From Candidatus Bathyarchaeota archaeon (lineage in GTDB: Archaea > Thermoproteota > Bathyarchaeia > Bathyarchaeales > Bathycorpusculaceae): a stretch of DNA of 64,000 nt. The stretch is from positions 608,001 through 672,000 of the forward strand of contig CAWABA010000006.1 in NCBI GenBank assembly GCA_963780185.1. Reading direction: 5' to 3'. Under the pieces are notes generated by a model, which saw only the letters and a program-made list of their open reading frames with translations, did no database searches and was not told the origin of the DNA. A program made the position numbers and the translations under genes. Within the stretch, counting starts at the first letter, position 1. Each line of letters opens with the position of its first letter. This document shows positions 1 to 11,558 of this stretch, in pieces.

Positions 1-586
1 TCTAGCTGGGTTTCGGGAAGCCGTGGAGGCTTTCACGGAGAAAGGCTTCAACTCGGAGGAAGCTCGAGCCTTCGCTGCGGAAACGATCCAGTCGATTCTG
101 GCTTTTAAGCAGAAAATCGGCAGAAAATACGGCAGACGCCTCTACCCCGCCTTGCTTGGCAACAGTGAAGCGGCTGAGCGGCTTGCGCAGCTGGATATTG
201 AACGGTTCGGCGTGGCTAAAGTCAAGTTTTCGGGAACAAGAGAAAAACCCTACTATTCGAACACGCGCAGATTCCAGACGAAAACTATGGGGGAAACGTT
301 GGCGCTTGTGACGGAGCAGTTGGAGACCGCGCAGAAATTGAAGGGGCTCAACGCAGGCGGAACCCTGGAAATCATCGAGTTGGAAGGCGGCGCGTATAAG
401 GCTGAGGCGTTGATGGATTTGAGTCGTCGCCTAATAGAAAACCAATCCCTCGAGTTCTTCACGTACAATCGCATCGTGAGCTACTGTGACACCTGCAAGA
501 AAAGCTGGTTCGGAACGCTACACAAATGTCCCTGCTGCGGCTCCATGAGTGCCTTGGCAACTTTTGACCGTTTCGCGTCAATATAG
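1..586 (+). CDS. C-terminal part of an anaerobic ribonucleoside-triphosphate reductase (NrdD)-like protein, 5' truncated by window edge
   Basis: NrdD-like segments (AAERLAQLD..FG, YYSN, GG+hydrophobic strand) and C-terminal CxxC-x10-CxxCG zinc ribbon; lacks the RxxGY glycyl-radical loop. Confidence 0.7.
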   Translation, partial: LAGFREAVEAFTEKGFNSEEARAFAAETIQSILAFKQKIGRKYGRRLYPALLGNSEAAERLAQLDIERFGVAKVKFSGTREKPYYSNTRRFQTKTMGETLALVTEQLETAQKLKGLNAGGTLEIIELEGGAYKAEALMDLSRRLIENQSLEFFTYNRIVSYCDTCKKSWFGTLHKCPCCGSMSALATFDRFASI

Positions 587-593
587 CGGCGGC

Positions 594-1607
<1,014 letters not shown>

Positions 1608-1997
1608 CTAGTTTTTACGTTGGTTTTTGGATGTAAAAATGAGGGTACCCTCCCCTTGGTCGAGGCGTGGCTGGAACCCATATTTGTGTCGGAGTTTTGA
1701 TGTAAATACTAGACCCCCTCCCTCGGTAGATGGGTTTTGGTGGGGCTTGTTTTGGGTTGCTTTTTTGGTTTCGGCTTAAATCCATTTAGAGGGTGGGAGC
1801 TGGGTAAGCGGGGAAAACCATTGTTTTCGATTGAGTTTTTGGAATATTCCGAAACTTCGCAGGATACCTCGGCGGCATCAGTCAAACGATTTCTCTCACA
1901 GCTCACCCCTCGGTTCGCTAGATTAGCCAAATAGACTGAAGAACCAACAGCAAAAATCTTATACTTCTTCGCTCTAAGGATGAGATGGCGCTTACAC

Positions 1998-3182
1998 ATG
2001 AACACTTTTCATGTAGCGACAGCAGCAGTTTGCATAATTTTTCTCTCCAGCATAGCCTGCATAGGCTCCGAGAACATCAACGGTTGCGTTTTGGGTGTTC
2101 CTTCATCAGCTCTTTCTGTGTCTATTTCGCCCGCGGCAGCTGCTTTTAACCTTGGGCAATCTCAACCGCTAACCGCTACTCCTAGCGGCGGCTCAGGTTC
2201 CTACACAGGTTATCAATGGTACGTAGGTGGGTCTGCTCAGACGGGCCAAACCGCGTCAACCTTCAATTTCTCGCCCGCTTCCGCGAATATGTACTCAATC
2301 AGTGTGACAGTTACTGACAACACAGGCGCAACTTCGGCACAGTCAAATGCTACAATGATTATGGTGGTGGTCGGTCAAACAGTTTCTGTCTCTCCTGGAT
2401 CTGCGTCCTTGGATATGGGTCAGTCTCAACTTTTCACTGCTGTTTTCAACAGTGGTAATAGTGGTTCTCTTCCTTGGATGTATCAATGGTACGTGGATGG
2501 AACTGCCCAGTCGGGTCAAACTGCATCAACCTTTAATTACGCTCCTGCCTCCGCGGGCACTTACTCAATCACTGTGATGATTTTCAACAGTACAGGTTTT
2601 CCTGTAATGCAGTCTGCACCCGCAACGGTCACGGCTTCGGGAACTACGGCTGCAACTCCAACTCTAAACCCGACTCAAAACCCAACGGCAAATCCAACTC
2701 AGCCACCGACAACTGTGCCTGCGACCACAGGCGATGGCTCGACGGTTGACCTTGCAATCAGTGGAAACATAGCTAGCTCCCAGATGTCCAACGTCGCAAT
2801 CATCGCAAACCAATCTGCGTCAACGACAAGGGTGTCTTTCACAGTGACTGGGGCAAGCGGCACTGAAGGTTTAGGCAACATAACAATTCCGAAAAGCTTG
2901 GTGCCGTACGGAACGACGCCGACAATCTACATCGACGACCAGCCAGCCCAAAACCAAGGATTCACTCAAGACAGCGACAACTATTACGTTTGGTACACGA
3001 CGCATTTCAGCACGCACCAGGTTTCCATCGTTTTCACGGGCGGCTCTTCGGGGTCTGAAGGGACAGCAAGTTTGATCGGGGCAGTTTACGGCGCAATAGG
3101 CGCCATCGTCGTGGTGGCAGCAATCATAGCAGCACTTATGCTGATGATAAACCGCAGAAAAGGCACAATCTCAGAAAATTGA
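1998..3182 (+). CDS. secreted, membrane-anchored protein with two Ig/PKD-like repeats and a Thr/Pro linker
   Basis: N-terminal signal; two YQWYV.G.AQ.GQTASTFN..PASA repeats (also visible in DNA near 2210 and 2480); C-terminal TM helix plus RRK. Confidence 0.8.
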   Translation: MNTFHVATAAVCIIFLSSIACIGSENINGCVLGVPSSALSVSISPAAAAFNLGQSQPLTATPSGGSGSYTGYQWYVGGSAQTGQTASTFNFSPASANMYSISVTVTDNTGATSAQSNATMIMVVVGQTVSVSPGSASLDMGQSQLFTAVFNSGNSGSLPWMYQWYVDGTAQSGQTASTFNYAPASAGTYSITVMIFNSTGFPVMQSAPATVTASGTTAATPTLNPTQNPTANPTQPPTTVPATTGDGSTVDLAISGNIASSQMSNVAIIANQSASTTRVSFTVTGASGTEGLGNITIPKSLVPYGTTPTIYIDDQPAQNQGFTQDSDNYYVWYTTHFSTHQVSIVFTGGSSGSEGTASLIGAVYGAIGAIVVVAAIIAALMLMINRRKGTISEN

Positions 3183-3189
3183 GCCAACA

Positions 3190-4230
3190 CTAAAGCTTTA
3201 TTGTTTGCCTTAGGGTTTCGGCGGCGGTTTCAGGCGTCACCGTGTTGATGTAGGTTCCCGTTGTGATTTCGAAGCCTGCCCAAATCGAAAGTTTCGGCTG
3301 AACCTCCAGATGCCAATGGTAAAAGTCCTCTGCATTCTTGTCTAATGCCAAGTGGAAACCGTAGTTGTAAGGCGGGTCATTCACCAAATCCTTCAGCGCC
3401 CCAAGACTTGCCTTAAGAGTCTTAGCTAACGCAGCCACCTCGCCGTCGCTGAGGCTGAGTAAATTTGCCGCGTGTTTTTTGGGCACAATCCAGAACTCCA
3501 TCGGGTTAATGCTTGCGTAAGGCGCGAAAACCGCGAAGTCTGCACCGTCCGAGATGAGCCTTGGACCCTTCGTTTCCCGCTCGATTATGTCGCAGAAAAC
3601 GCATTTCCCGTGTTCAGCGTAGAATTTTTTGCTGGCATCCAGCTCCTCCTGAATCAGGGGCGGAACCATCGGCGTGGCAATCACTTGGCTGTGCGCGTGA
3701 GACATGGATGCGCCTGCCAGCTGCCCATAATTGCGGAAAATAGACACATACTTCACATAAGGCTTTGCGCTCAAATCCCTGAGCCTGTCGATGTAGGCGT
3801 GGATAAGCAACTCCAGCTGGGGCAACTCTGCATCTGCGGGTCCTTCATCATGGTTTGGAGACTCAACGATAACTTCATGGTGCCCTATCGCGTTGCCTAA
3901 GGATTCGCTCGAAAAGATTTGCTCCGTGTCCTGCGGCTGCTTGGGCGGGCTAAAAGCTGGGTACAGATTTGGGATGCAGCGGACAAGCCAATTCTTTGGG
4001 CGCTCACCAACCAAGGGGTCTTGAGCTATGTGCACTTCGTCGCCGTCTTTGAGATACAGCATCACCGCTGGAGGCGTCATGGACTCGTTACCCACACACA
4101 TCGGGCAAACCGCCACCTTCGCATGCTCAGTTTTCTGCTTCGCAAAATCAGTCGGACGCCGACCCCGCTCAGTCGCAATAACAACCCAACGGTCCAGCAA
4201 ATAATCTTTCCTAAGCTCATTATACGGCAT
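3190..4230 (-). CDS. galT: galactose-1-phosphate uridylyltransferase
   Basis: ELRKD..W, CPMC, NLYPAF, GASMSHAHSQ (HxH motif), CVFC. Confidence 0.92.
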   Translation of the reverse strand: MPYNELRKDYLLDRWVVIATERGRRPTDFAKQKTEHAKVAVCPMCVGNESMTPPAVMLYLKDGDEVHIAQDPLVGERPKNWLVRCIPNLYPAFSPPKQPQDTEQIFSSESLGNAIGHHEVIVESPNHDEGPADAELPQLELLIHAYIDRLRDLSAKPYVKYVSIFRNYGQLAGASMSHAHSQVIATPMVPPLIQEELDASKKFYAEHGKCVFCDIIERETKGPRLISDGADFAVFAPYASINPMEFWIVPKKHAANLLSLSDGEVAALAKTLKASLGALKDLVNDPPYNYGFHLALDKNAEDFYHWHLEVQPKLSIWAGFEITTGTYINTVTPETAAETLRQTIKL

Positions 4231-4325
4231 GATAGGCACCCTCAAAAACAAGGGCGCTGAAACATTTTAGCATTTCCCAAAGACAGACGCATGAGCCATA
4301 GGTTTTCCGCAGCTGCTTAAAGAAA

Positions 4326-4517
4326 TTAAACTTGATTTTCAGTTTTTCTTTTTGTTATATCTAAAAACATGAGTTTTTGTTCTTCTCGCTCTTGTTTGGG
4401 CGCCAAAATAAAACCATAATTCACATAAAATTTAACCGCCGAGTCAACGGCATCCACAACCAAAAAACCAACAGTCTTTGGCTTTAGCGGTGGCTGAGAA
4501 GGAATGAAACAGTTCAA
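4326..4517 (-). pseudogene. truncated GNAT acetyltransferase toxin (C-terminal motif only)
   Basis: VVDAVDSAVKFYVNYGF resembles the C-terminal motif of TacT/AtaT-like toxins; N-terminal two-thirds missing. Confidence 0.6.
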
Positions 4518-4655
4518 TTAAAGAGGACAGTTCTTAAAAGTTTCCGTTGCCCTAAGGTACCGCGCCTCATCTGCTTCAGTTGGCTTGCGCTTGATTTCCT
4601 TCTCAACCGCTGCCCACTGCTCAGAATCAAGGGTTGGTATAGGTTTGGGCAACAT
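4518..4655 (-). CDS. 45-aa putative antitoxin (TacA/DUF1778 C-terminal-like)
   Basis: Manual translation MLPKPIPTLDSEQWAAVEKEIKRKPTEADEARYLRATETFKNCPL; its stop abuts the GNAT start. Confidence 0.5.
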   Translation of the reverse strand: MLPKPIPTLDSEQWAAVEKEIKRKPTEADEARYLRATETFKNCPL

Positions 4656-5114
4656 TTTTTATTCGCCTTCTTTTCTGGAAACTATCGATTTACCACTACT
4701 AATTACTAGGACGGTTGGTTGATAAATTTATGTGAACTTGCTGAAGTTTCCATGCTTTGACTTAACCAACCGATAATAAATGCATCAATTTCTACAGTTT
4801 TTTCGATGCAAAAATGACTTTCAAATGCCTACCATTATAAAATTCTCTTTTCTGACAAGACTTCAGCATCTAAACCGTGAACTCTAAGGTAAAGCATATC
4901 CTGAAGACTCAACTTTGTGATTTTTTCATCTTTAACTTGTGAGGCGAAAAATAACTTTAAATGGAGAAAGTACATCCGCATTTTCATTTTAAGCTGTTCT
5001 GAATGTGGTATAATCGTGGTTGAAAGTATAAACAAAAAGGAGAGATTTAGGAACCATAACAGAGAAAGAGGAAATGTGATTGCTATTTTACTTCGCATCT
5101 AAGTTTGTTTCGAT

Positions 5115-5879
5115 TTAAGAACTCCACTGCAGTATATCTGAATCACACGTAAATGATACTTGGGCGGTTCCTGTCACTTGAAAATACCATAGAGTCAACG
5201 TATGAGTGCCTTGGCTGAGATTTATGGTCGTGGTTTGTGTTCGATAGGAATGCGAAGTAAAATCATTTATTAAAACAGAACCGTCGAGATATAATTCATC
5301 TCCGTCGTCTGCACCGATAGTGAAGGTTACGGGTCCGTTTCTCTGCATCTTGACCGTCATAGTTGCTTCAAAGCCAATGTAGGTTGCGTACGACTGAAAT
5401 ACATTTCCAGTTACCCAATTATAATTAAACGTTGAACATAATTGGGAAGTTCCAACTGTACCCCCCCATTGCAAAGAACCAGTTAATGTCATCCATGTAG
5501 CGGTCCATTGAGCAAAAGTAATAGGTGTCCCGGCGGCACAGTGTCACCCTTTTGGCCCTGTTGTCCAGTAGCGCCTGTAGCTCCTTGTGGTCCTTGTGGA
5601 CCGGTAGCACCAGTTGCTCCTTGAGGACCAGCCGCGCCTGTCGCACCAGTATCTCCCTTTGGTCCTTGGGAACCAGTCGCGCCAGTTGCTCCTTGAGGAC
5701 CTGTTGCTCCGGTGAGCTCCAGTCGCCCCAGTTGCACCAGTGTCACCTTTGTCGCCTTTTTGCCCTTTAAGCATATTTAATTGGGAAACCGCCCCAGCTG
5801 AAAGTAAGCTTGCAACCAATATTGCAACAATCAATCCAACAACAAATATACTCTTTGATATTCCGTTAAATGAAGCCAT
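5115..5879 (-). CDS. collagen-like (Gly-X-Y) surface protein with C-terminal PA14-like domain, frameshifted in assembly
   Basis: Signal/TM, then [12 protein letters not shown].../GPQGATGAT repeats over several frames, then [15 protein letters not shown] (PA14-type DD motif). Confidence 0.8.
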
Positions 5880-6266
5880 CAGTATACCCTCGTTCCTATT
5901 GTTGCGTTTTTATTATAAGACTTGTGCTTTACAATGTGTTTGAAGCTTCTTTTTTGATAAATTTGGTGAATATATGAACAATGGCGAAACCAATGTTAAA
6001 AAGATTGCATAAGGCGAAGCAAAAAATTCACAAAAAGCAAACGAAAATAGAAAAAATCGAAGGCTTATTTTTCTTTCGATTCTTGTAAGTTATAATTGCA
6101 GAGTCGATAACAAAATTTCAATCAAAATTGAGGTTTTTTACCCTAAGCCCAATCTTTGGCTTTCACTAGCGTCTTTCAGGGCTTAAAGAGAACTTGTGAG
6201 GGTAAAGGCATATATCTTTAGGCTTAACTTGTTAGTTTTCAACTTTAACCCGTTACGGGCGAAATA

Positions 6267-7170
6267 ATGGATTTAACTCAAGAAATCCTCAAGCTTAAAA
6301 AGGAAAAAAAAGCAGTCATTTTAGCTCATAATTACCAGAGGCCAGAAATCCAGGATATGGCTGACTATATCGGCGACAGTATCGAGCTGAGCCGCAAAGC
6401 GGTTGAAGAAAAAGACGCTAAAATGATTGTTTTTTCAGCGGTGGATTTCATGGCTGAATCCGCCGCGATTCTGAATCCTGGAAAAAAGGTTCTTTTGCCC
6501 TGCTTGGGCGCGCGTTGCCCCATGGCGCAGATGCTTACCGTTGACGAGATAAAACGCGCCAAAGAACTGTACCCAAAGGCTCCAGTGGTTTTGTACGTTA
6601 ACACTTTGGCGGTTTGCAAAGCAGAGTGCGATGTGTGCTGCACAAGCGCCAACGCCGTGGAAGTTATAAAAAGCCTCGATGCAGAAACCGTCCTGTTTGG
6701 TCCAGACAAAAACCTCGCCGAGTACGTCTCCGAAAAAACAGGAAAAACCCTGATTCCGATTCCAGCAAACGGCTTCTGCCCAACTCATTTGCTTTTCCAG
6801 CCTGAAGACGTCAAAGTCCTCAAAACGGAACATCCAGACGCTCTGTCATGGTTCACCCCGAATGCAGCTCGGAGATGCGAAAAGTCGCAGATTTCGTCGG
6901 CAGCACCTCGAAAATGTGCCGTTCGCCAAAGAATCAAACGCCAAAGACTTTATTGTCGGCACAGAAGAAGGCATCCTGCATCGCCTCCGAAACGAAAACC
7001 CAAACAAAAACTTCTACCTGGCCTACGAAGGCGCAATCTGCCCCAACATGAAGCTGACAACGCTGGAACAACTCTACGCCTCACTGAAAGAGGAAAAGAA
7101 CGTTGTCAAGGTGCCGGAAGCAGTCGCGAAGAAAGCCCGTGGCTCATTGGAACAAATGTTCCAAGTTTGA
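6267..7170 (+). CDS. nadA: quinolinate synthase, frameshifted near 6845 and 6920
   Basis: ILAHNYQ, FMAE, CPMA, YVNT, CPTH, HPEC, GTE, CPNM motifs spread across three frames. Confidence 0.93.
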
Positions 7171-7293
7171 TAGCGCTTCCCTATACATTTTCTTCAATGA
7201 TAGTCATTATTTATTTTCTTTTGCGCTGAAATTCTAACTTTATTGAATCATTATCAGCAGAAATAGCAATTCTTAAATAGCAAAGCGGATTCA

Positions 7294-7947
7294 ATGGATT
7301 TTGTCAAGATGGTAAGCTTGAAGAACAAAATTTCCACCTTAATCTTGATATCTTTTGCAGTTGTCTCGCTACTTGCAGTTTCCCTGTTGCATTTTGGCGG
7401 GGCACAAAACTCAAACACTAACACGTTCATCTACGCCTCAACCGGTGTAGGAGGCTCTATTACTCCAAGCGGAAACATCAGCGTTGCCTTTGGCGGTAGT
7501 CAGACTTTTACGATTACAAGCTCAAGCTACCAACTGCTGAGTGTTTTGGTGAATGGGACGTCAATGGGAGCCCAAAACACATTGACGATCCAAGACGTCA
7601 CTGGACAAACCACAGTCTATGCCACTTTTCTTGTACCGCCAAGCGCAGCGCCGACCCCATCCACTGGCGGAGCGAGCGATTACGGGTTCATCCAACACCC
7701 AACTAGCTCGCCGACGTCGAGCCCAGCGCTAGCCGAAGCGGTACCAACCCTGACCAGTTCGCCGATGCCTTCAGCGGCTACAGCATCACCATCACCGCAA
7801 CCCTCGTCTCCAGCACCGACACCATCTATCCCTGAGTTCTCTGCACTGTTGCTGCTGACTATTACCGTGATTGCAGTAATCACTGCGATCGGGAGCCTAA
7901 TACGAAAGCGTGGGAAATACACAAGTTCCATAAGAACTGCGGCCTGA
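7294..7947 (+). CDS. surface protein with beta-repeat domain, S/T/P linker and PEF-type C-terminal sorting signal
   Basis: Signal peptide; GGSITPSG..V..G.SQTFTI repeat; IPEF plus TM plus RKR. Confidence 0.75.
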   Translation: MDFVKMVSLKNKISTLILISFAVVSLLAVSLLHFGGAQNSNTNTFIYASTGVGGSITPSGNISVAFGGSQTFTITSSSYQLLSVLVNGTSMGAQNTLTIQDVTGQTTVYATFLVPPSAAPTPSTGGASDYGFIQHPTSSPTSSPALAEAVPTLTSSPMPSAATASPSPQPSSPAPTPSIPEFSALLLLTITVIAVITAIGSLIRKRGKYTSSIRTAA

Positions 7948-7963
7948 TAGTTGTTTTCAAACC

Positions 7964-8372
7964 CTAAATTGTCACGATTGTTGTTTTGAGTATTTTTACT
8001 CCCCTGCGTGTTGTGAGTTCGTCGCTTAGGTGGCGGATTTCTGAGGCTTTCCCCTTTACCGCAATGGCTTCGAGGCAGTCGCGTTCGCTGATGTGGACGT
8101 GTAGGGTGCTGGTGATTATTTTTGAGTGTTCATGCTGGGTCTCCGTTAGGTCGCTTTCTAACCCTTTTGCGTCGTGGTCGTACACCATCAAAATTATGCC
8201 TGTTTGAGGGGTGGCTTCTTCTTTGATCCATTTGCGTTCAGAAACATACAGTCTAACAACGTCTTGGAGGGCTTTGCTGCGGCTCTGGTAACCCATGTGG
8301 GTCTATTATTTCGTCGAATTCTTTGAGGAGCTCCGGGGGAAAAGTTGCTCCTATACGTGTGACTTTGGACAT
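7964..8372 (-). CDS. nikR: nickel-responsive regulator NikR, frameshift near 8297
   Basis: MSKVTRIGATFPPELLKEFDEII (RHH) from ATG 8372, then GYQSRSKA..YDH..QH..HVH..CLE. Confidence 0.9.
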
Positions 8373-9422
8373 ATCGGTTCGCTATTGACTGTTAGCGGTT
8401 TACACCTAAAAGCTTTTTCAGCTTCTCATTGTTTCGTTTTGCGTTTAACCAAGAATCATACCACGCGGATTAGATTTGCAATCCGTTGTAAAGACCAGAA
8501 GTAACGCACACAGCATTAAGTCCAGAACTGCCAACAAAGAAACAGTTTAGCGTGGTGATGATCTCAGCGTCTTGTTATTAGGTAGCTTGATGCATCCGGG
8601 GGCTGATCTTTGTTTATCCAAGATAGCTTTGCAAGCGCAACCTTTGAAAGTGGAATATTTCGGTGATCGCGCTGAGAATCAGTACTTCACGGCTTCAGTT
8701 TTGGCATGCAAATAAACCAGAGTTCGACACAATTTCGAACTCAGACGGCGGTTGGATCAGCGGCTAATTCATACATACCAGGTGAACTTTTCCGAAGACC
8801 AAACAGCGCTCGACTACTTGAACATCCGGACATACCATAGCGGCAAATCCAGCTACAATTTGCTTCGCGGATATAATGAGCGGGTTAAACGCGGTTTTTG
8901 TAACGTTCGAACACCGCGGCTAACGGTAGTTTGGCGTGGGCGTTTGTATACCCCTCTGAGCAAGGTCCTCAAATGAAGGTTGTATCGTCAACTGTTGAAG
9001 TGGACGTTTAGTACAAATTTGACGTCGCTTCCGGCGTTAATGGCGCGACCGAGACATTTCAGTTTTCAGCCTGAATGATTTACCCAATTCGCAGTCTACG
9101 TCAAGCGGCGCATTAGTTGGAGCCCGACGGTTTTCGATCTCAGAACATATGCAGCAACGGCCACAGAGGCGAAACGTTTAATCGGAGGAAATATCAAACA
9201 GTGGAATGCAGTCGGCGATAACCGCACAAGCGCCACGGCAATTCCCATCGCAACTATCGGTTCTTATCTTGTTAATTGCTAGCGTCTACATCAGCCGCCT
9301 TGACTGTGGCTCTGAGAAAGCGAGAAAATGGTCTCAAGCTTAGCTGGTTGCTGATTGTTAAGAATGCGTCCGCTTTTTCGTGAGTTTTGTTCGTTAGCGA
9401 CGGTAAAGCCTTTATATTTCAA

Positions 9423-9450
9423 GTAACACGTTTTCGATTGAAAGTGTTAC
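9423..9450. promoter_or_regulatory. candidate NikR operator GTAACAC-N14-GTGTTAC
   Basis: Perfect 7-bp inverted repeat spanning 28 bp, between the TATA (TTTATA ~9411) and the start of the Ni transporter. Confidence 0.7.
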
Positions 9451-9463
9451 GGAGGCTGAAGAT

Positions 9464-10540
9464 TTGACTCAAAACCCATCCCCACAAAACCTCACAGGCA
9501 ACGAAAAAGCAAAGATAGCCATAATCTTCGGCGTCCTAATCGGCATCACCATCTTCGGGTTTTCAGCAGCCTTCATCATCGGAAAAATCGCCGTTGTCCT
9601 CGCGGGGCTAGGCATCGTCGCCTACGTTTTCGGTTTGCGCCACGGCGTAGACGCTGACCACATAGCAGCCATCGACAACACAACACGCAAGCTCATGCAG
9701 GAAGGCAAACGCCCCTTCACCGTCGGCATGTGGTTCTCGCTGGGACACTCCACCGTCGTCGTCGCACTCATCGTCGGCTTAGTCGTGGCGACACGGGCAG
9801 TGGCAGGCAGCATCTCGGCGCTTCAAAGTACGGGCGCGGTGGTCGGCACGTTGGTTTCGGGGAGTTTTCTGTGGATCATCGGCTTCATCAACGCCGTCAT
9901 CGTAATCGGCATCTACAAGATTTTCCAAACCCTAAAGCAGGGCAGACTTAACCAGCAGGAACTGGATAATCTGCTGGAGAACCGTGGGTTCATGAACCGT
10001 TTTTTCCGTCCCCTCTTCAAAGTCATAAGCAAACCGTGGCAGATTTTCCCTGTCGGCGTGCTCTTCGGTTTGGGCTTTGACACGGCAAGCGAAGTGGCGC
10101 TCATAGCTATCAGCGTGGGGATCGGGGTTTCCACAAGCATACCTCTCTACTACATCCTGATTCTGCCATTGCTCTTTACCTGCGGCATGGTAACCGTTGA
10201 CTCCGCAGACGGCGTCGCAATGCGCCTCGCCTACGGCTGGGCATTCCTCAATCCCATACGCAAAATATACTACAACCTCACCGTCACCGTCATATCCGTC
10301 TTGGTTGCGTGGGCAATCGGCTCGGTGGAGCTGTTGCAGGTGCTTTCAAGCGAGTTCAATCTCAGCGGCGGCTTCTGGAGTTGGCTCAACGCCTTGAACT
10401 TTGAAATGATCGGGTTCGGCATCATCGGTATCTTCGTTTTCAGCTGGCTGCTCTCGTTCGGTTACTGGCGGTACAAAAAATACGACAAACTCGCCGCGTT
10501 TCCGCAAATGCAGGAATCGCCCAAAATGAAGTCTATCTAA
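9464..10540 (+). CDS. high-affinity nickel/cobalt transporter (NiCoT, HoxN/NixA family)
   Basis: RHGVDADHIAAID, FSLGHS, GLGFDTASE motifs. Confidence 0.95.
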   Translation: MTQNPSPQNLTGNEKAKIAIIFGVLIGITIFGFSAAFIIGKIAVVLAGLGIVAYVFGLRHGVDADHIAAIDNTTRKLMQEGKRPFTVGMWFSLGHSTVVVALIVGLVVATRAVAGSISALQSTGAVVGTLVSGSFLWIIGFINAVIVIGIYKIFQTLKQGRLNQQELDNLLENRGFMNRFFRPLFKVISKPWQIFPVGVLFGLGFDTASEVALIAISVGIGVSTSIPLYYILILPLLFTCGMVTVDSADGVAMRLAYGWAFLNPIRKIYYNLTVTVISVLVAWAIGSVELLQVLSSEFNLSGGFWSWLNALNFEMIGFGIIGIFVFSWLLSFGYWRYKKYDKLAAFPQMQESPKMKSI

Positions 10541-10671
10541 AACAAAAAGCTTACTTGAAAAAACATGGGCAAAGCAAGCAGGTTAATCTGCGTTTTCTGG
10601 GCTTTTGTGTGGATAAACGTAAAATTGATTAATGGGAAGTGCTTTTGTCATAGCGTTAAGGTGAAATTTGA

Positions 10672-11100
10672 ATGGCAAGCAAGGTTCTCGTAAGAGACAT
10701 AATGAACAAAGATGTTAAAACCGTCAATAACAACACCACAGTCCAAGAAGTTATCGCGATAATGAACAAGTTCGACAAAGACGCAATCTTAGTCATCCAG
10801 AGCGGTAAACCAACAGGCATCATCACCGTTAAAGATGTCCTTATCCGAGCAGTTGAAAACGCCGCGTTCGCACCGTTGACAACCATCATCGCAAGAATGA
10901 TCTACACAAACCCGCTAGTCACAATAGAAGAAAACGCAACCGCTGAAGAAGCAGCCAACCTGATGAAAGAATGGAAAATCAAGCATCTACCGATCGTTGA
11001 CAAAGCCGGCGCACTCGCAGGCATGGTAAACGACAGGGACGTAATTTATTCGGTTCCCACGTTGATGTCTACGATGGAAGAGTTCTGTCGAACAAAATAA
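10672..11100 (+). CDS. CBS domain pair protein
   Basis: VRDIM..., GIIT.KD, IKHLPIVD..G.L.GM. Confidence 0.9.
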   Translation: MASKVLVRDIMNKDVKTVNNNTTVQEVIAIMNKFDKDAILVIQSGKPTGIITVKDVLIRAVENAAFAPLTTIIARMIYTNPLVTIEENATAEEAANLMKEWKIKHLPIVDKAGALAGMVNDRDVIYSVPTLMSTMEEFCRTK

Positions 11101-11197
11101 GGCGCATACGGCAACCTTTTTTTATCCTTTTTAAAATTTTTAAAGAAAACAAAAATTAATCAAAGTGAGATTTTCAAAAAATTGTTGAAAAAGAGAG

Positions 11198-11488
11198 CTA
11201 TGCTTTTTGCTCTTTAGCCCATTCTTCTTTGACGAGTTTTGTTATGTTGTCAATGTTTGGCTGTGCGGTGAGGTCAAAGATTACGTTGTTTAGTTCGTTC
11301 TTTATTAGCAGGGCGATTTCGCCGGGTCGCAGAGGCTCTGGACGCGTCGATTGATAAACCCGCAGGGCACGCATGGCGAACTTTATCATAACGCATTGCA
11401 GTTCGTCCTGCAAATCCTGCAGTTCATTCTTGCTGTTTTTCATCAGTTTGTCGAAACCTTTCGAATCCCATTTTCCTTCATCTGCCAT
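11198..11488 (-). CDS. hypothetical protein
   Basis: Clean ORF downstream of pyrG, helical composition. Confidence 0.6.
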   Translation of the reverse strand: MADEGKWDSKGFDKLMKNSKNELQDLQDELQCVMIKFAMRALRVYQSTRPEPLRPGEIALLIKNELNNVIFDLTAQPNIDNITKLVKEEWAKEQKA

Positions 11489-11558
11489 TTCCAATCAAAT
11501 CCTAACGTTTCATGTAAACGGGGCATTATAGCCTTTTCTAAAAAAAGGGGTTACCTGC

